From NCBI GenBank assembly GCA_001179505.1, contig CDMY01000950.1:1-8678 (forward strand): DNA of 8,678 bases, in the 5' to 3' direction. Origin of the DNA: Vitrella brassicaformis CCMP3155. Lineage: Eukaryota > Protista > Chromerida. The notes beneath the pieces were generated by a model, which ran no database searches, was not told where the DNA came from, and saw only the letters and a program-made list of their open reading frames with translations. Position numbers and translations under genes: made by a program. Position 1 is the stretch's first letter; the number at the start of each line of letters is the position of its first letter. Positions 7,325-8,678 of this stretch are shown in pieces.

Positions 7325-7425
7325 GGTGATGCCGAGTCATTCGGTGACAGCGAGACGGTACTGGAAGTCGTTCAGCGTCTTGTGGTCGTTGTAGGGGATA
7401 GCAGACAGCCAGCCGGATGAGAGGG
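7325..7425 (-). mobile_element. Possible fragment of an RLE-type (CRE/SLACS-like) non-LTR retrotransposon ORF, post-RT region
   Basis: Minus strand LSSGWLSAIPYNDHKTLNDFQYRLAVTE*LG resembles the G.WL.A.P....L.D..F..A...RLG motif I recall from these elements. TGA at 7337-7339 falls where R (CGA) is expected. Short and cut by the gap. Confidence 0.45.
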
Positions 7426-7725
7426 NNNNNNNNNNNNNNNNNNNNNNNNNNNNNNNNNNNNNNNNNNNNNNNNNNNNNNNNNNNNNNNNNNNNNNNNNNN
7501 NNNNNNNNNNNNNNNNNNNNNNNNNNNNNNNNNNNNNNNNNNNNNNNNNNNNNNNNNNNNNNNNNNNNNNNNNNNNNNNNNNNNNNNNNNNNNNNNNNNN
7601 NNNNNNNNNNNNNNNNNNNNNNNNNNNNNNNNNNNNNNNNNNNNNNNNNNNNNNNNNNNNNNNNNNNNNNNNNNNNNNNNNNNNNNNNNNNNNNNNNNNN
7701 NNNNNNNNNNNNNNNNNNNNNNNNN
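7426..7725. other. Assembly gap (300 N)
   Basis: N run with the same length as the first gap, suggesting a placeholder size. Confidence 0.99.
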
Positions 7726-8678
7726 GGATCTCATTGGTTGCCCGTTGCGGCCTCCCTGCTCGACTCGAGAGGGAAAGCCGTGACAGTTTTACGCCGACTG
7801 CCCTAGACCCCATCATCGCGCAAAGACATGGCATATGGACACACATGCTGATCCCCCGCGTGTGCCCTATGCATAAATCAAAATCAAAATGCTCGTTCGA
7901 ATGAGGTGCGAAGCATGTTCTCTCGTGCCCCCTACATGTCACTTTGGTCCAGGGAAAGACGGGATTTATATGTCTCGCAGCAAAACAAAAGGGAATTGAG
8001 ACCACTCTCTCTGCTGAGATGCGGTCCTTGCCGCCATCGCTCGTGGTGGCGCTTCTCACCTCGGCGGCCGGTGAGCCCACCTCCACAGCACTTTCCAGCT
8101 GTGTCTCTGTTTCCACACGTGTCTCTCTCTCTCTGTGTGTGTCAGTCGTGTGGACAGACGCCATGATGCAATGCCCCTTGTTCTGCGTTGGAGTCTGGAC
8201 AGTCGTCGACTGTCACACACATGCCTCTGTCTGTTGTGTGTGTCAGGTGGGTTGTGAGCGGGCTTGTGCGCGGGGTTGTGTGGTTTGTGGGCGGATTTGT
8301 GATGGGGCTTGCTCCCCTGCAGGAAGCGCCAGCAAACGTCCACCAGCGAACACGAGGCGAAGGGCATTCCGCAGAGACTCAACAGAGAGACAGACACAGA
8401 GGCACCCAGATGCGTGGTCCAATAACGGTTTGACGGAAAGATAGAACAACCTTCGTTGGCCTCTTCGTAACACATAATGCTCGCAGCTTGGCCGATCCCC
8501 CGCAGCGTTAACCTTTAACTAACGCGCTATTTCATAGCGTCATCGACACCGGTAAACCCCCGGCCCACATCAGGGTGGGTGATGCCGAGTCATTCGGTGA
8601 CAGCGAGACGGTACTGGAAGTCGTTCAGCGTCTTGTGGTCGTTGTAGGGGATAGCAGACAGCCAGCCGGATGAGAGGG
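7726..8678 (+). repeat. Copy 2 of the ~950-bp direct duplication (includes second copies of the candidate secreted-protein gene and the non-LTR-like fragment at 8578-8678)
   Basis: Starts ggatctcattgg at 7726 and ends ccggatgagaggg at the same base where copy 1 meets the gap. Confidence 0.98.

Larger units (their letters stand above)
6477..7425 (+). repeat. Copy 1 of near-identical ~950-bp direct duplication
   Basis: Matches 7726-8678 with 5 substitutions and two 2-bp indels. Confidence 0.98.

Noticed and set aside
7337-8164. ORFs spanning the second gap (7337..8164, 7372..7734, 7417..7806)
   Set aside because: They are joined only through Ns, and the two sides belong to different parts of the duplicated unit.
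1-8678. CRISPR array, tRNA or rRNA genes
   Set aside because: No regularly spaced repeat-spacer units or cloverleaf. The tRNA-like words at 4105-4119 are the PBS only.

Overview
Eukaryotic, GC-rich scaffold window with two 300-N gaps. The (TG)n-rich acceptor tracts and short GT-AG introns suggest a protist; a chromerid/alveolate such as Vitrella is my guess, not established. Positions 1-~4120 are the 5' half of a Ty1/copia LTR retrotransposon on the minus strand: half-tRNA-type PBS, gag with CCHC knuckle, protease, HHCC plus intact DD35E integrase, and a long linker running off the left edge (RT/RNaseH not in window). The element is disabled by a 31-bp tandem duplication, two in-frame TGA stops and two -1 frameshifts. 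Positions 5288-6215 hold a clean 5-exon minus-strand gene for an unrecognised 140-aa coiled-coil-like protein, bracketed by a diverged inverted repeat (4492-5064 vs 6603-6897). That repeat looks like an upstream region plus a signal-peptide-like first exon and intron. Positions 6477-7425 are repeated almost exactly at 7726-8678 (7 differences), probably an assembly/haplotype duplication, and each copy ends in what may be a fragment of an RLE-type non-LTR retrotransposon. I see no convincing wholly new system. The best leads are the half-tRNA-primed copia with an unusual insertion before its integrase, and the inverted-repeat-flanked orphan gene.
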